From contig DAHXMN010000002.1 in the NCBI GenBank assembly GCA_027371725.1, positions 1 to 32,678 on the forward strand: 32,678 nucleotides of DNA, in the 5' to 3' direction. Shown one piece after another: positions 7,464-15,755 of this stretch (position 1 is its first letter; every line of letters begins with the position of its first letter). Made by a program: the position numbers and the translations under genes. Under the pieces are notes generated by a model. That model did no database searches. It was not told the origin of the DNA and worked only from the letters and a program-made list of their open reading frames with translations. The stretch is from Candidatus Woesearchaeota archaeon (GTDB lineage: Archaea; Nanobdellota; Nanobdellia; Woesearchaeales; UBA525).

Positions 7464-7997
7464 TCAGCGACGGAAGAGGACGAGCTTCTCGCCCGCGTAG
7501 AGGCCCATGCTGCTCATCTGCTCGTACTGGTCCGGCGCGAGCGTGAGGATCAGGACAGTGAACCGGTACTGCGCCTTGATCTCGCCCACGATGAGCGACA
7601 GCGCAGCAGTGTCGACCTCCTGGCCGATCACGAGGATGGAGACCTTCTCCTTGGCGGCCTTGCCGTGCTGGATCAGCGCGTCGACGCCCCGGACTCCGGA
7701 AGCCCGCTCGACGAACTCCTCGATCGCGCTCTTCTTGACCGCGAGCAGCTCGTCCAGGAATTTCGTCTCTTTCGTGAGGGCCAAGCGATAGAGGCGGAGC
7801 TTCTTGATCTTCCGTTCGTCCACGATCTCGAGCTTCACGAGAAGGCGTATGATACGGTATGCGGTGGCTGGCGAGAGCCTCGTCGCCTTCGCCGCTTCGC
7901 GCACCCCGTACTCCTGCTCAGGGTGGTCAAGGAACAGCCGAATCAGCGTCATCCGCTTCTTGTCGAAGAGCCCTTCCAGGAGCTTTGTCGGTTCCAT
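7464..7997 (-). CDS. winged-helix DNA-binding protein (putative transcription regulator), 177 aa
   Basis: The N-terminus RMTLIRLFLDHPEQEYGVREAAKATRLSPATAYRIIRLLVKLEIV is wHTH-like. The C-terminal domain is unassigned. ATG 7997 has a GAGGA SD and an upstream AT-rich TATA at 8030-8044. The track ORF start (8171) crosses that promoter. Confidence 0.55.
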   Translation of the reverse strand: MEPTKLLEGLFDKKRMTLIRLFLDHPEQEYGVREAAKATRLSPATAYRIIRLLVKLEIVDERKIKKLRLYRLALTKETKFLDELLAVKKSAIEEFVERASGVRGVDALIQHGKAAKEKVSILVIGQEVDTAALSLIVGEIKAQYRFTVLILTLAPDQYEQMSSMGLYAGEKLVLFRR

Positions 7998-8050
7998 CGT
8001 GTTTCCTCTTGAACACTCCAGGATGGCACAAATATATAAATATACCGTTT

Positions 8051-8270
8051 TTGAAACAACGTTCCAAAAATGAAACATTACTTTTCCAAACGAAACAGAG
8101 GGGGGTGTCCGCACAGTCCGGAAAAACGTAGACTGGACGGGCGGGAGAAAGGAGAAGGGATCATGCCGCACCCCCCGAAATAATAACTTTTACAAAATAT
8201 ATTTTTTAATTATAATAATTATAATATATATACATTTTCATTCAATTATTACTATATCTTACGCAACCAT
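8051..8270. other. candidate replication origin: ORB-like repeats + G-strings + ~12% GC unwinding-element-like island
   Basis: TTCCAAAAATGAAAC at 8062-8076 and TTCCAAACGAAACAGAGGGGGGTG at 8084-8107 resemble archaeal ORB / mini-ORB elements (TCCA..GAAAC..G-string). The inverted CACCCCCC at 8169-8176 abuts an extreme AT island at 8177-8262. lig is adjacent and orc1/cdc6 lies 3 kb away. Confidence 0.3.
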
Positions 8271-8287
8271 ATCCTACTCGAGAAAGA

Positions 8288-10051
8288 TCATCGTCCACGC
8301 TGATGCTCAAAGGCGCGACGGACCTCGTCCAAGGTGGTGATATCTTCAGGGGAGCGGTCGTCGCGGAGGTTGACCACGCGCGGGAACCGGAGGGCGTACC
8401 CGCTCGCGTAGGCCGGGCTCCGCTGGATCTCCTCGAACGCGAGCTCCAGCACCAGGGCGGGATCGAACGTGACCTCGCGGCCGTGCTCCGCCACGATGGC
8501 GGGCCGCAGCAGGTCAGTCACCTGCTGGAACGTGACGCCACCCTCCCGCTCCAGCTCCTTGAGGCCGGTGCCGACCTTCCCGATCGCGAGGAATTCGCCG
8601 GTCTCGTCCCGGCATGCGACGGTGAAGCTGGTGAGCCAGCCGGAGCGCTTCCCTTCGCCCCACTCAGCGGCAACGATCACGAGGTCCATGGTGTCCAAGA
8701 CGGGTTTGACCTTGACCATGTGGCCGACGCGACCGCCGGGCTGGTACTTCCCGGACAAAGACTTGCACATGATCCCTTCGTTGCCCGCGGCGAGGCTCTC
8801 CTTGTAGAACCGCTCCGCCTCCGCCGTCGAGCCGGTCAGTAAAAGCGTGCTCAGCTTTATTCTCTTCAGCAAAGGCCGTCTCAGTATCCTCTCCAGCAAT
8901 TCCCGTCGTTTCTCGAACCCGGTATCGAGGAGCTCCTCCCCGTCGAGGTAGAGGAGGTCGAAGACGTTCAGCTCCACCGGGAGCTGCTCCCGCAGCTTAT
9001 CGATGTCGTACTTCCGCCGGATCCGCTGGCCGATGTGCTGGAACGGGGTATACTTCCCCGTCGCCGGGTCGAACCCGACGGCTTCGCAATCGAGGATGGC
9101 GGTCTCCGCCTCGACATGCTCTTTGGCCGCGTCCACGACTTCCGGGAACTGCTGCGTCACGTTCTCCAGGCGCCGGGTGAAGATGGTGATTGCATCCCTC
9201 TCCTTGTGGACCTGCATCCGGAAGCCGTCGTACTTGTACTCGAGGGCCGCGGGCCGTCCGACGCGATCCATGCCCGCTTCCACGGACTGCTCTTTCTGGG
9301 CGAGCATCACCCTGATCGGGACGCCGAGCTCGAGAGAGATCCCCCTCAGAGCGGCGACGCCGGACTTGGCGGCTTTCGCGACGGCGGCGTAGTCGTTGCA
9401 TCGGTCGTACGCCTGCTGGACGGCGGCGATGAGCGCATTGTATGCTTCGCGGCCGTTCTCGTCCGGGAACTCGATATCATTCTTTTCCATATTGTAGTTC
9501 ATCTCAGGGTTGAGATACGCCCAGCAGATCGCGTCCCGCAACGTGCCTTCCGCGATGCCGACGCGCAACGTCTCCAGGACCGTACGGATCAGGAAGCGCG
9601 CCTCCTCCGCGGAAGCGTGGCCGAGAAGCGCGGCGAGCGACTTCACCTTGAGGTCGACGCTCCCCTTCCCCTCCATCCCGGGGAACTTCTGGAGCGTGAG
9701 GAAGACGTCCTTCGCGTCGAGCTCCTTCGTGACGAGCGTCGCTTGCTTCTTCTTGCCGACGAGGAGGCCGGCCACTTTCCCGAGGTCGCCCTCCTTCTTC
9801 CACAACGAGGTGACCTTGCGTTCGGTCTCGCCGGACGCGACAGCTATGGCTTTCACCGCGAGCGCGGTCGAGAAGCCGAGCGTGCGCGGGTCCCACGGCG
9901 GGAACAAGCGGCCCTGCAGGAGCAGGATGACCGTCTCGAGCTCGGCAGCAGGCACCTCCTTCAGGAACGAGGCGAGGACGTGGGTCTTCTCCAGCCGTTT
10001 CGACGTGGACTCCACGCGCCGGTAGACCGAGACGAGGGAGGCGTAGCGCAT
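8288..10051 (-). CDS. lig: ATP-dependent DNA ligase
   Basis: Adenylation motif EYKYDGFRMQVH, a typical N-terminus MRYASLVSVYRRVESTSKRLEK, and OB-domain motifs (LDLVIVAAEWGEGKRSGWL). TATA 10075-10082 lies 24 nt upstream of ATG 10051. The track ORF start 10213 was rejected. Confidence 0.93.
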   Translation of the reverse strand: MRYASLVSVYRRVESTSKRLEKTHVLASFLKEVPAAELETVILLLQGRLFPPWDPRTLGFSTALAVKAIAVASGETERKVTSLWKKEGDLGKVAGLLVGKKKQATLVTKELDAKDVFLTLQKFPGMEGKGSVDLKVKSLAALLGHASAEEARFLIRTVLETLRVGIAEGTLRDAICWAYLNPEMNYNMEKNDIEFPDENGREAYNALIAAVQQAYDRCNDYAAVAKAAKSGVAALRGISLELGVPIRVMLAQKEQSVEAGMDRVGRPAALEYKYDGFRMQVHKERDAITIFTRRLENVTQQFPEVVDAAKEHVEAETAILDCEAVGFDPATGKYTPFQHIGQRIRRKYDIDKLREQLPVELNVFDLLYLDGEELLDTGFEKRRELLERILRRPLLKRIKLSTLLLTGSTAEAERFYKESLAAGNEGIMCKSLSGKYQPGGRVGHMVKVKPVLDTMDLVIVAAEWGEGKRSGWLTSFTVACRDETGEFLAIGKVGTGLKELEREGGVTFQQVTDLLRPAIVAEHGREVTFDPALVLELAFEEIQRSPAYASGYALRFPRVVNLRDDRSPEDITTLDEVRRAFEHQRGR

Positions 10052-10074
10052 ATAGAACCGGTCAAGCGACAGGA

Positions 10075-10111
10075 TATTTAAACCTTCTTCGTTAAAATTT
10101 ACCATTAAATA
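10075..10111. promoter_or_regulatory. divergent promoter pair (lig on minus, hypothetical gene on plus)
   Basis: TATTTAAA at 10075-10082 lies 24 nt from the lig ATG 10051. ATTAAATA at 10104-10111 lies 26 nt from ATG 10137. The spacer is AT-rich. Confidence 0.55.
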
Positions 10112-10136
10112 GTAACAAAAATGAAAAGATTTATAT

Positions 10137-11228
10137 ATGTGGACCGTGATTAAGAGGGATATGACCGATGGACTCTTCAGATCCAACGCCCGAGCGATCG
10201 TCTTCAGAGACAAGAATGACGTAATCCACCCCGAAGAGGTCTTCGCACGGCTCTATGGCGGACTGGAACACGCAGTCAAACTCAATCTCCGCAACAAGGA
10301 ATCCAGAACGATAAAGGCCCCCTCGATCAGGGACGAGATATATACCGATGAAGCAAGCAAGATAATCTCCGGATGGCTCGTCAAGAACGGCCAGAACATC
10401 ACCGCAGAAATAACATATGACGACGGGAAGAGCCAGACCTATACCGTGAAGCGCAGGGAGAACTTCGACGCGAAGAGGCTGATGAAGATCCCGAACATCG
10501 TCCGGCTCCACGACGACAACGGAGGGGCGCTCGTCCTAAGAGAGGCGAGGAAACATCCTTTCGACGAGACCGTGATGATGCACGCGGCGAAGCACATCAG
10601 CGATTTCGACAAAGCAGCGAGCAAGCAATTCTACGAGGAGAACGAGAATCCCATCCGTCCAGCAAATGGAAAGAGAGCCATGCTCATCCCTGAACCGAAC
10701 CTGCTCAGCGCCCTCCAGCGAATATACAACGATGGCTTCCCACAGATAACGCCCAAGGTCAAAGCCCTCGATGCTGACGGGACAAGGCTCTGGTACGTGA
10801 GGGATTTCCTGCCCGCAGCCATAGACACGAGCCTAGGGGCGAAGGCGCTCGGCGCATATTTCGGGTCGCTGCATGCGCTCGGTCTCTTCGAGCCTGTCGA
10901 CCGCCAGTTCATCCACTATGCGCTCCAGCGAGGCATCATCGTCAATTATGATCCTGACTTCATCTGCCACACGATGAATCCCCAGAGGGTTCTGCATTCC
11001 GAACTGGGGGACATACGGGCGACCCTGACAACTGATGCCGACCTCAGAAACAACATCCCGATGGACATCGGGGAATACCAGAAGCGGCTGAAGGCGAGGA
11101 TTCACGAGGTGAGAGAGGTCCGCACACAGGAAGGGTACAACCCGGGCACGCTTTTTGATCATCTCTTGCGGAAGCCCTCGATCGAGCCATTCCCGGTTAT
11201 GGACCTCGCCGGAAGAAAATATGTTTGA
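10137..11228 (+). CDS. hypothetical protein (363 aa), compositionally atypical
   Basis: Long uninterrupted ORF. ATTAAATA at 10104-10111 lies 26 nt upstream of the ATG. Rich in ATA/AGA/AGG and A/T-ending codons, unlike its neighbours. No family recognised. Confidence 0.6.
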   Translation: MWTVIKRDMTDGLFRSNARAIVFRDKNDVIHPEEVFARLYGGLEHAVKLNLRNKESRTIKAPSIRDEIYTDEASKIISGWLVKNGQNITAEITYDDGKSQTYTVKRRENFDAKRLMKIPNIVRLHDDNGGALVLREARKHPFDETVMMHAAKHISDFDKAASKQFYEENENPIRPANGKRAMLIPEPNLLSALQRIYNDGFPQITPKVKALDADGTRLWYVRDFLPAAIDTSLGAKALGAYFGSLHALGLFEPVDRQFIHYALQRGIIVNYDPDFICHTMNPQRVLHSELGDIRATLTTDADLRNNIPMDIGEYQKRLKARIHEVREVRTQEGYNPGTLFDHLLRKPSIEPFPVMDLAGRKYV

Positions 11229-11240
11229 GGCACCATCACC

Positions 11241-11248
11241 TATTTAAA
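11241..11248 (+). promoter_or_regulatory. TATA box of orc1/cdc6
   Basis: TATTTAAA, 24 nt upstream of ATG 11272. Confidence 0.6.
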
Positions 11249-11271
11249 CGTCTTCAGTCTGCTCCGACACC

Positions 11272-12327
11272 ATGGGCCTGTTCGACGAGGTTCTCGGCGC
11301 GGGGGAGTCGCTCTTCCGGAACGAGGACGCGCTGGAGTACGAGTTCCTGCCAAAACTCTTGCCGTTCCGCGAGAACGAGCAGCGCGAGCTGGCGCGGTGC
11401 GTCAGCCCCCTCTTCCAGGGCAGGAACGGGCGGAACGTCCTGATCCACGGCGCCCCGGGCATCGGGAAGAGCGCAGCCGCGAGATTCGTGCTCCGCGAGC
11501 TCGAGGAGAAGAGCGACGAGGTCGCGGTCGTCTACGTCAACTGCTGGCAGACGAACACGAGCTACAAGGTCTTCCTCGAGGTGTGCGACCAGCTCGGGTA
11601 CAAGTTCACGCAGAACAAGAACGGCACCGAGCTGATCAAGGTCATCGCGTCCATAGTCAACAAGAAGAGCGCGGTGATCGTCTTCGACGAGATCGACAAG
11701 GCGGAGGAGTTCGACTTCCTCTACTCGCTCATCGAAGAGATCTACAAGAAAGCCATCATCCTGATCACGAACTACAAGTCCTGGCTCATCGAGCTGGACG
11801 AGCGGATCAAGAGCCGGCTGACGCCGGAGCTGATCGAGTTCAAGCAGTACACGGACAAGGAGACCGCCGGGATCCTGAAGGAGCGGCAGCAGTACGCGTT
11901 CGTCCCCGGCGTCTGGGAGGAAGCGGCGTTCACGCTCGTCTGCCAGCGCGCAGCGGCGGCGAAGGACATCCGCACCGGGCTGTACCTGATGCGGCAGGCA
12001 GCGCTGAGAGCGGAGGACGCGGCCTCGAAGAAGGTGACCGAGGAGCACGTCAAGCGGGCGTTGTCCACGATGGACGAGTTCACGATCAAGAGCAGCGCCG
12101 ACCTCAACGACGAGGAGAAGTTCATCTACGAGGTCGTGAAGAAGCACGACGGGAAGAAGATCGGCGACCTGTACAACGCGTACAAGAAGGACGGCGGCCA
12201 AGCGTCGTATAAGACGTTCCAGCGGAAGATAGCGGCGCTCGACGAGGGCCGGTTCATCACGCTGGAGCGGAAGACGGGCGACGGCGGCAACACGACCATC
12301 GTCAACCGGAAGATCACGGAGTTCTAG
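11272..12327 (+). CDS. cdc6: Orc1/Cdc6 replication initiator (AAA+ with C-terminal winged helix)
   Basis: FRENEQRELA, Walker A HGAPGIGKSAAA, Walker B AVIVFDEIDK, and a C-terminal wH. TATA TATTTAAA at 11241-11248 lies 24 nt upstream of the ATG. Confidence 0.93.
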   Translation: MGLFDEVLGAGESLFRNEDALEYEFLPKLLPFRENEQRELARCVSPLFQGRNGRNVLIHGAPGIGKSAAARFVLRELEEKSDEVAVVYVNCWQTNTSYKVFLEVCDQLGYKFTQNKNGTELIKVIASIVNKKSAVIVFDEIDKAEEFDFLYSLIEEIYKKAIILITNYKSWLIELDERIKSRLTPELIEFKQYTDKETAGILKERQQYAFVPGVWEEAAFTLVCQRAAAAKDIRTGLYLMRQAALRAEDAASKKVTEEHVKRALSTMDEFTIKSSADLNDEEKFIYEVVKKHDGKKIGDLYNAYKKDGGQASYKTFQRKIAALDEGRFITLERKTGDGGNTTIVNRKITEF

Positions 12328-12587
12328 ATCGCGGGGCGCTCGTTCGGCCGGCGCTGCGGAACATCTCTTCTCCTCCGCCCGGAGGCCTTGACGAGCGCGC
12401 GCAATCATGGCGTCCGCGCCATACTCTCGCCAGGATCTCGTTCCGAGACGGCGCCGCGGCGAACGTCCAGAGCCATACGATGGACACGGGAACTGGACGA
12501 GGGAACGAAGCGGCTACGGGGTGAGCGGTGCAGGAACGAAGCGACTGCGTCCTCCCGGAGCGAGAGCCGGCATCCACGAGAGAGAAG

Positions 12588-12620
12588 AAAAAGGGAAGGG
12601 AAAAGAGGTTAAGGAAAGAC
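12588..12620 (-). terminator. CT-rich T4/T5 terminator after the pilin gene
   Basis: The minus strand reads TAA gcagtctttccttaacctcTTTTcccttcccTTTTTc directly after the stop. Confidence 0.55.
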
Positions 12621-12623
12621 TGC

Positions 12624-13103
12624 TTACTGCTCCACCGAAGAGGTGATGCTGCCGGACGCGGTGTGCGTCACGTCCTCGCCGTTCTTCGTGTAGATGACAT
12701 TCACGTTCGCCTTGAACTTGTCGCCGACATTGGCCGCGGCGGTGTTCGTGCAGCTGAAGGTGAAGACCTGCTTCTGGCCGTTCGCGAGGGAGATCTGCGT
12801 GGTGTTCGCGATCTGGCAATCGACGGCGCTGCCGAGGTTCGTGGTGTTGACGTCGGTCTCGTTGATGGTGATCTGGTCGCCGATGTTGTTGATGATGCCG
12901 AACGTCAGCGTCGCGGGCATGCCCGCGGAGACCTTGTACTCGCCCGCGCTGATGCCGCCGGTCATCGTGAAGCTGCTCGGCAGGAACTTGCTCGGGCTGA
13001 GGATGCCGAAGTAGGCGAGGGCGCCGATCGCCGCGAGGACGACGAGGATGGCCCAGCCGTACGTCATCAGGAACTCCATTGCCGCTTGACCCTTTCTCCG
13101 CAT
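12624..13103 (-). CDS. archaeal type IV pilin (class III signal peptide), candidate major pilin
   Basis: MRRKG|QAAMEFLMTYGWAILVVLAAIGALAYF is followed by a beta-rich domain with 2 Cys and several N-x-S/T sequons. GGTGAGGTGA SD lies 5 nt upstream. It has its own TATA (13174-13181) and a CT-rich T-run terminator. Confidence 0.85.
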   Translation of the reverse strand: MRRKGQAAMEFLMTYGWAILVVLAAIGALAYFGILSPSKFLPSSFTMTGGISAGEYKVSAGMPATLTFGIINNIGDQITINETDVNTTNLGSAVDCQIANTTQISLANGQKQVFTFSCTNTAAANVGDKFKANVNVIYTKNGEDVTHTASGSITSSVEQ

Positions 13104-13374
13104 GTGTTTCACCTCACCTGTTTCCTCAGGCTTATGGAGAGGAAATGGTTCTATCCAATCCCCCATTGGAACATTTATAAAGCTTTCGCTTCGATGGGCC
13201 GCGGTGAAAATCTCGTTTCACTCAGGCACCGGCTTCTCGCCAGTCATTGCCCCCTTCGCTGCATCGACGTTCCCGGAAGAGGGCCGACCAGGGTCTCTTC
13301 GCTTCGTTCTTCGCCATGCCCGACCTTGACCGGCGCCCTACGCTTTTTCCGCGGCCATGACGGCACGAAGCGGC

Positions 13375-14865
13375 CTACGCGAGTGAGCCGAGCGTCGCGG
13401 CGAGGGCGGCCGCGGCCAGGAAGTAGATCGTGAGGCTCACGACGAGGAAGATCGGGAGGTTGCGGATCCCGTCCTTGACGTTGCCCTTCCGGATGACGCT
13501 CACGATGGAGGCGCTCATGATCGCGCTGACGCTGAGCATCATCACGCTGAACCAGCGGAAGTTCGTCACCATCTGCGCCGACGTCTTGATGTTGAGCTTG
13601 AGGAAGCCGTTCGATGCGCCGCCGAGGTTGAGCGAGCCGGTGATCTTCACGATGATGGTGAGGAGCGTCGTGGCGAGGGCGAAGAGCAGGGGCGCCATGA
13701 CGATCGAGGCGAAGGTGATGAAGATCGCGTACGTCGCGACGTTGGCGCTCATCTCCTTCTTGAGGATCTTCGTCTCCTGGATGTCCAGCGCGATCTTGCT
13801 GAGCAGTTCGGCGATCTCGCCGCCTGCGGCCATCCCCTCGAGCAGGATGCTGACGCTGCGCCGCAGGATGAGGGAATCGTACCGCTCAGTGAAGCGGATG
13901 AGGCTCTCGCTCAGCTCCTCGCCGGCGAGCGTCTCCTTCGCCACCTCCTCAATCTCCTTGGCGAGCACGCCGAAGTTCGGCCGGACGGCGAACCAGAGGG
14001 CGCGGTCGATGGGCATGCCCGCGCTGATGTTCGCGCTCGCGAGCTGGAGGAAGTCGGGGAGCACCTCCTCGAGCTCCTTGGTGCGGCGGTAGATCCTGAT
14101 GTCGAGGTAGACATAGATGACCATCCAGGTGAAGAGGTAGAAGAAGGCGAAGACCGCGGTCCAGACGCCGAGGTAGAAGAGGAGCAGGCCCATCGCCGGC
14201 TTCCCGGCGAGCGCAGCGAGGATGAGCGTGGAGAGCGTGAAGAGGGCGGTGACCGTGAACGCGATGTAGAAGACGGCGCGTTTCACGTCGTCCGGGTCGG
14301 CGGTGTAGCCCGCCTTGAGCAGCAGGGCGGAGAGCATGCGCTTCCGGTACTGCGCGGTGCGCCGTTCCTTGCGCTTCCGCAGGGTCTCCTGGCGCTTCAG
14401 CCTCCGCCGCGTGCGTTCCAGCGCGGCGTCGTCGGCCGCCGTGCGGCGTTCCATCTCTCTCGAATGGCCGACAGCGGCTTCCGGCCCAGGCCTCTCAGCA
14501 GGATCCGCGGAGGGTTTCTCGGCCGGCTTCCGAACGGGTTTCTTGATCGCTTCCCCGGTCGGTTTCACGACGGGCCTCTCGGCCGTCTCTTCAGCAGGTT
14601 CCTTGCTGGACGCTGCCGCACGGTCGCGGCGGAAGAGCCGAGTGAACGAAAAACGACTGCGAGGATCCTTTGAAGGAGGAGAAGGGAGGGACGGAGGAAC
14701 TGGTGAGGAAGGGGAGGGGAGGGAGGAGAGGGATTCTGGAGGCGTGGAGACGAGAGGCGCGGAAGCGCGAGAGGGCTTCTTCGGCCGAGGCTTGCGCGTC
14801 GTCACGGCCTTCTTCGCAGCCAGAGGTTCTTCCGCAGTCCGGACTCCCTTCTTCGTCGCCACCAT
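13375..14865 (-). CDS. T2SSF-domain platform protein (TadC/EpdK-like) with ~195-aa disordered N-terminal extension
   Basis: Single T2SSF-type domain (LPDFLQLASANISAGMPIDRALWFA and ILLEGMAAGGEIAELLSKIA) flanked by TM helices. The N-terminus is P/S/K/R/E-rich. I chose ATG 14865; the track start GTG 14874 is possible. Confidence 0.8.
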   Translation of the reverse strand: MVATKKGVRTAEEPLAAKKAVTTRKPRPKKPSRASAPLVSTPPESLSSLPSPSSPVPPSLPSPPSKDPRSRFSFTRLFRRDRAAASSKEPAEETAERPVVKPTGEAIKKPVRKPAEKPSADPAERPGPEAAVGHSREMERRTAADDAALERTRRRLKRQETLRKRKERRTAQYRKRMLSALLLKAGYTADPDDVKRAVFYIAFTVTALFTLSTLILAALAGKPAMGLLLFYLGVWTAVFAFFYLFTWMVIYVYLDIRIYRRTKELEEVLPDFLQLASANISAGMPIDRALWFAVRPNFGVLAKEIEEVAKETLAGEELSESLIRFTERYDSLILRRSVSILLEGMAAGGEIAELLSKIALDIQETKILKKEMSANVATYAIFITFASIVMAPLLFALATTLLTIIVKITGSLNLGGASNGFLKLNIKTSAQMVTNFRWFSVMMLSVSAIMSASIVSVIRKGNVKDGIRNLPIFLVVSLTIYFLAAAALAATLGSLA

Positions 14866-14914
14866 GAATCGCACCAGTCTACCGTGTTTAGTTATTATTC
14901 CCGTTCGTTCCTCC

Positions 14915-15709
14915 TCACATGTCCATCGGCGGTCTGCTGCTCCTGATCACCGCGAGGAACATGAATTGGATGAACCCGATGAAGAGCGCGATGAAGAGGT
15001 AGGCGAAGAGGCTGAGGTTCAGCCCGAGGAAGCTCGTCAGGACGATGAGCATGATGGTGCCGAGGCTCGGCACGATGATCGCGATCATCATGTAGAACAT
15101 CGCCATCGGGTTGAGCTTCCGGCCGTACTCCTTCACCGCGATCTGCTGCTCCCGGACGACCTGGTCGAAGACGGCGGAGAGCGCGGTCGTCACCTCGCTC
15201 CCCGTGCGCATCGAGTTGAGGAGCTGCCAGAGCATCTTCCGCAGGTCGGGGCTTGGCGTGACGATAATCATCTCATTCAGCGCGTCCTCCATCGGCGTGC
15301 CGAGGTCGACGCGCTCGACCAGCTCCTGGAAATAGATGCCGATCGTCTCGTAGTTCTTCGCGAGGTTGCGGAACGCCTGGTAGAGCGGCACGCCCGACTC
15401 GAGCTCGATGATGAGGAACCGGCCGGCGTAGACGATCTCCTTGTTGATCTCCTTGTTCAGCTTCTGGATGCGGAGGTCGACGTACCCCATGAGATAGAGG
15501 AAGGCGAGGAAGAAGACGATCGGGAAGAAGAGGAAGACGATCGGCTTCGGGATGAAGAGGAAGATGACGATGGAGAGGCCGAAAGCGAGGACGAAGCTCG
15601 TGAACGCGGTCTTCCGGACGTAATACTCCGGCGTGTCCGGCAAGCGCGCCTGGAGCAGCTTCAGCTTCAGGCCGGGGACGCTGCGCGCGATGATCTTGTA
15701 GAGCTCCAT
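14915..15709 (-). CDS. T2SSF-domain platform protein (TadB/EpdJ-like)
   Basis: Single T2SSF-type domain (YFQELVERVDLGTPMEDALNEMI and LLNSMRTGSEVTTALSAV) plus TM helices. I chose ATG 15709 with an upstream GGAGGA/GAGG; the track start GTG 15733 lacks an SD. Confidence 0.8.
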   Translation of the reverse strand: MELYKIIARSVPGLKLKLLQARLPDTPEYYVRKTAFTSFVLAFGLSIVIFLFIPKPIVFLFFPIVFFLAFLYLMGYVDLRIQKLNKEINKEIVYAGRFLIIELESGVPLYQAFRNLAKNYETIGIYFQELVERVDLGTPMEDALNEMIIVTPSPDLRKMLWQLLNSMRTGSEVTTALSAVFDQVVREQQIAVKEYGRKLNPMAMFYMMIAIIVPSLGTIMLIVLTSFLGLNLSLFAYLFIALFIGFIQFMFLAVIRSSRPPMDM

Positions 15710-15755
15710 GCGAACTGCCTCTTCCTCCGGCACGGACGGGCGCGACGTCCCGCGT

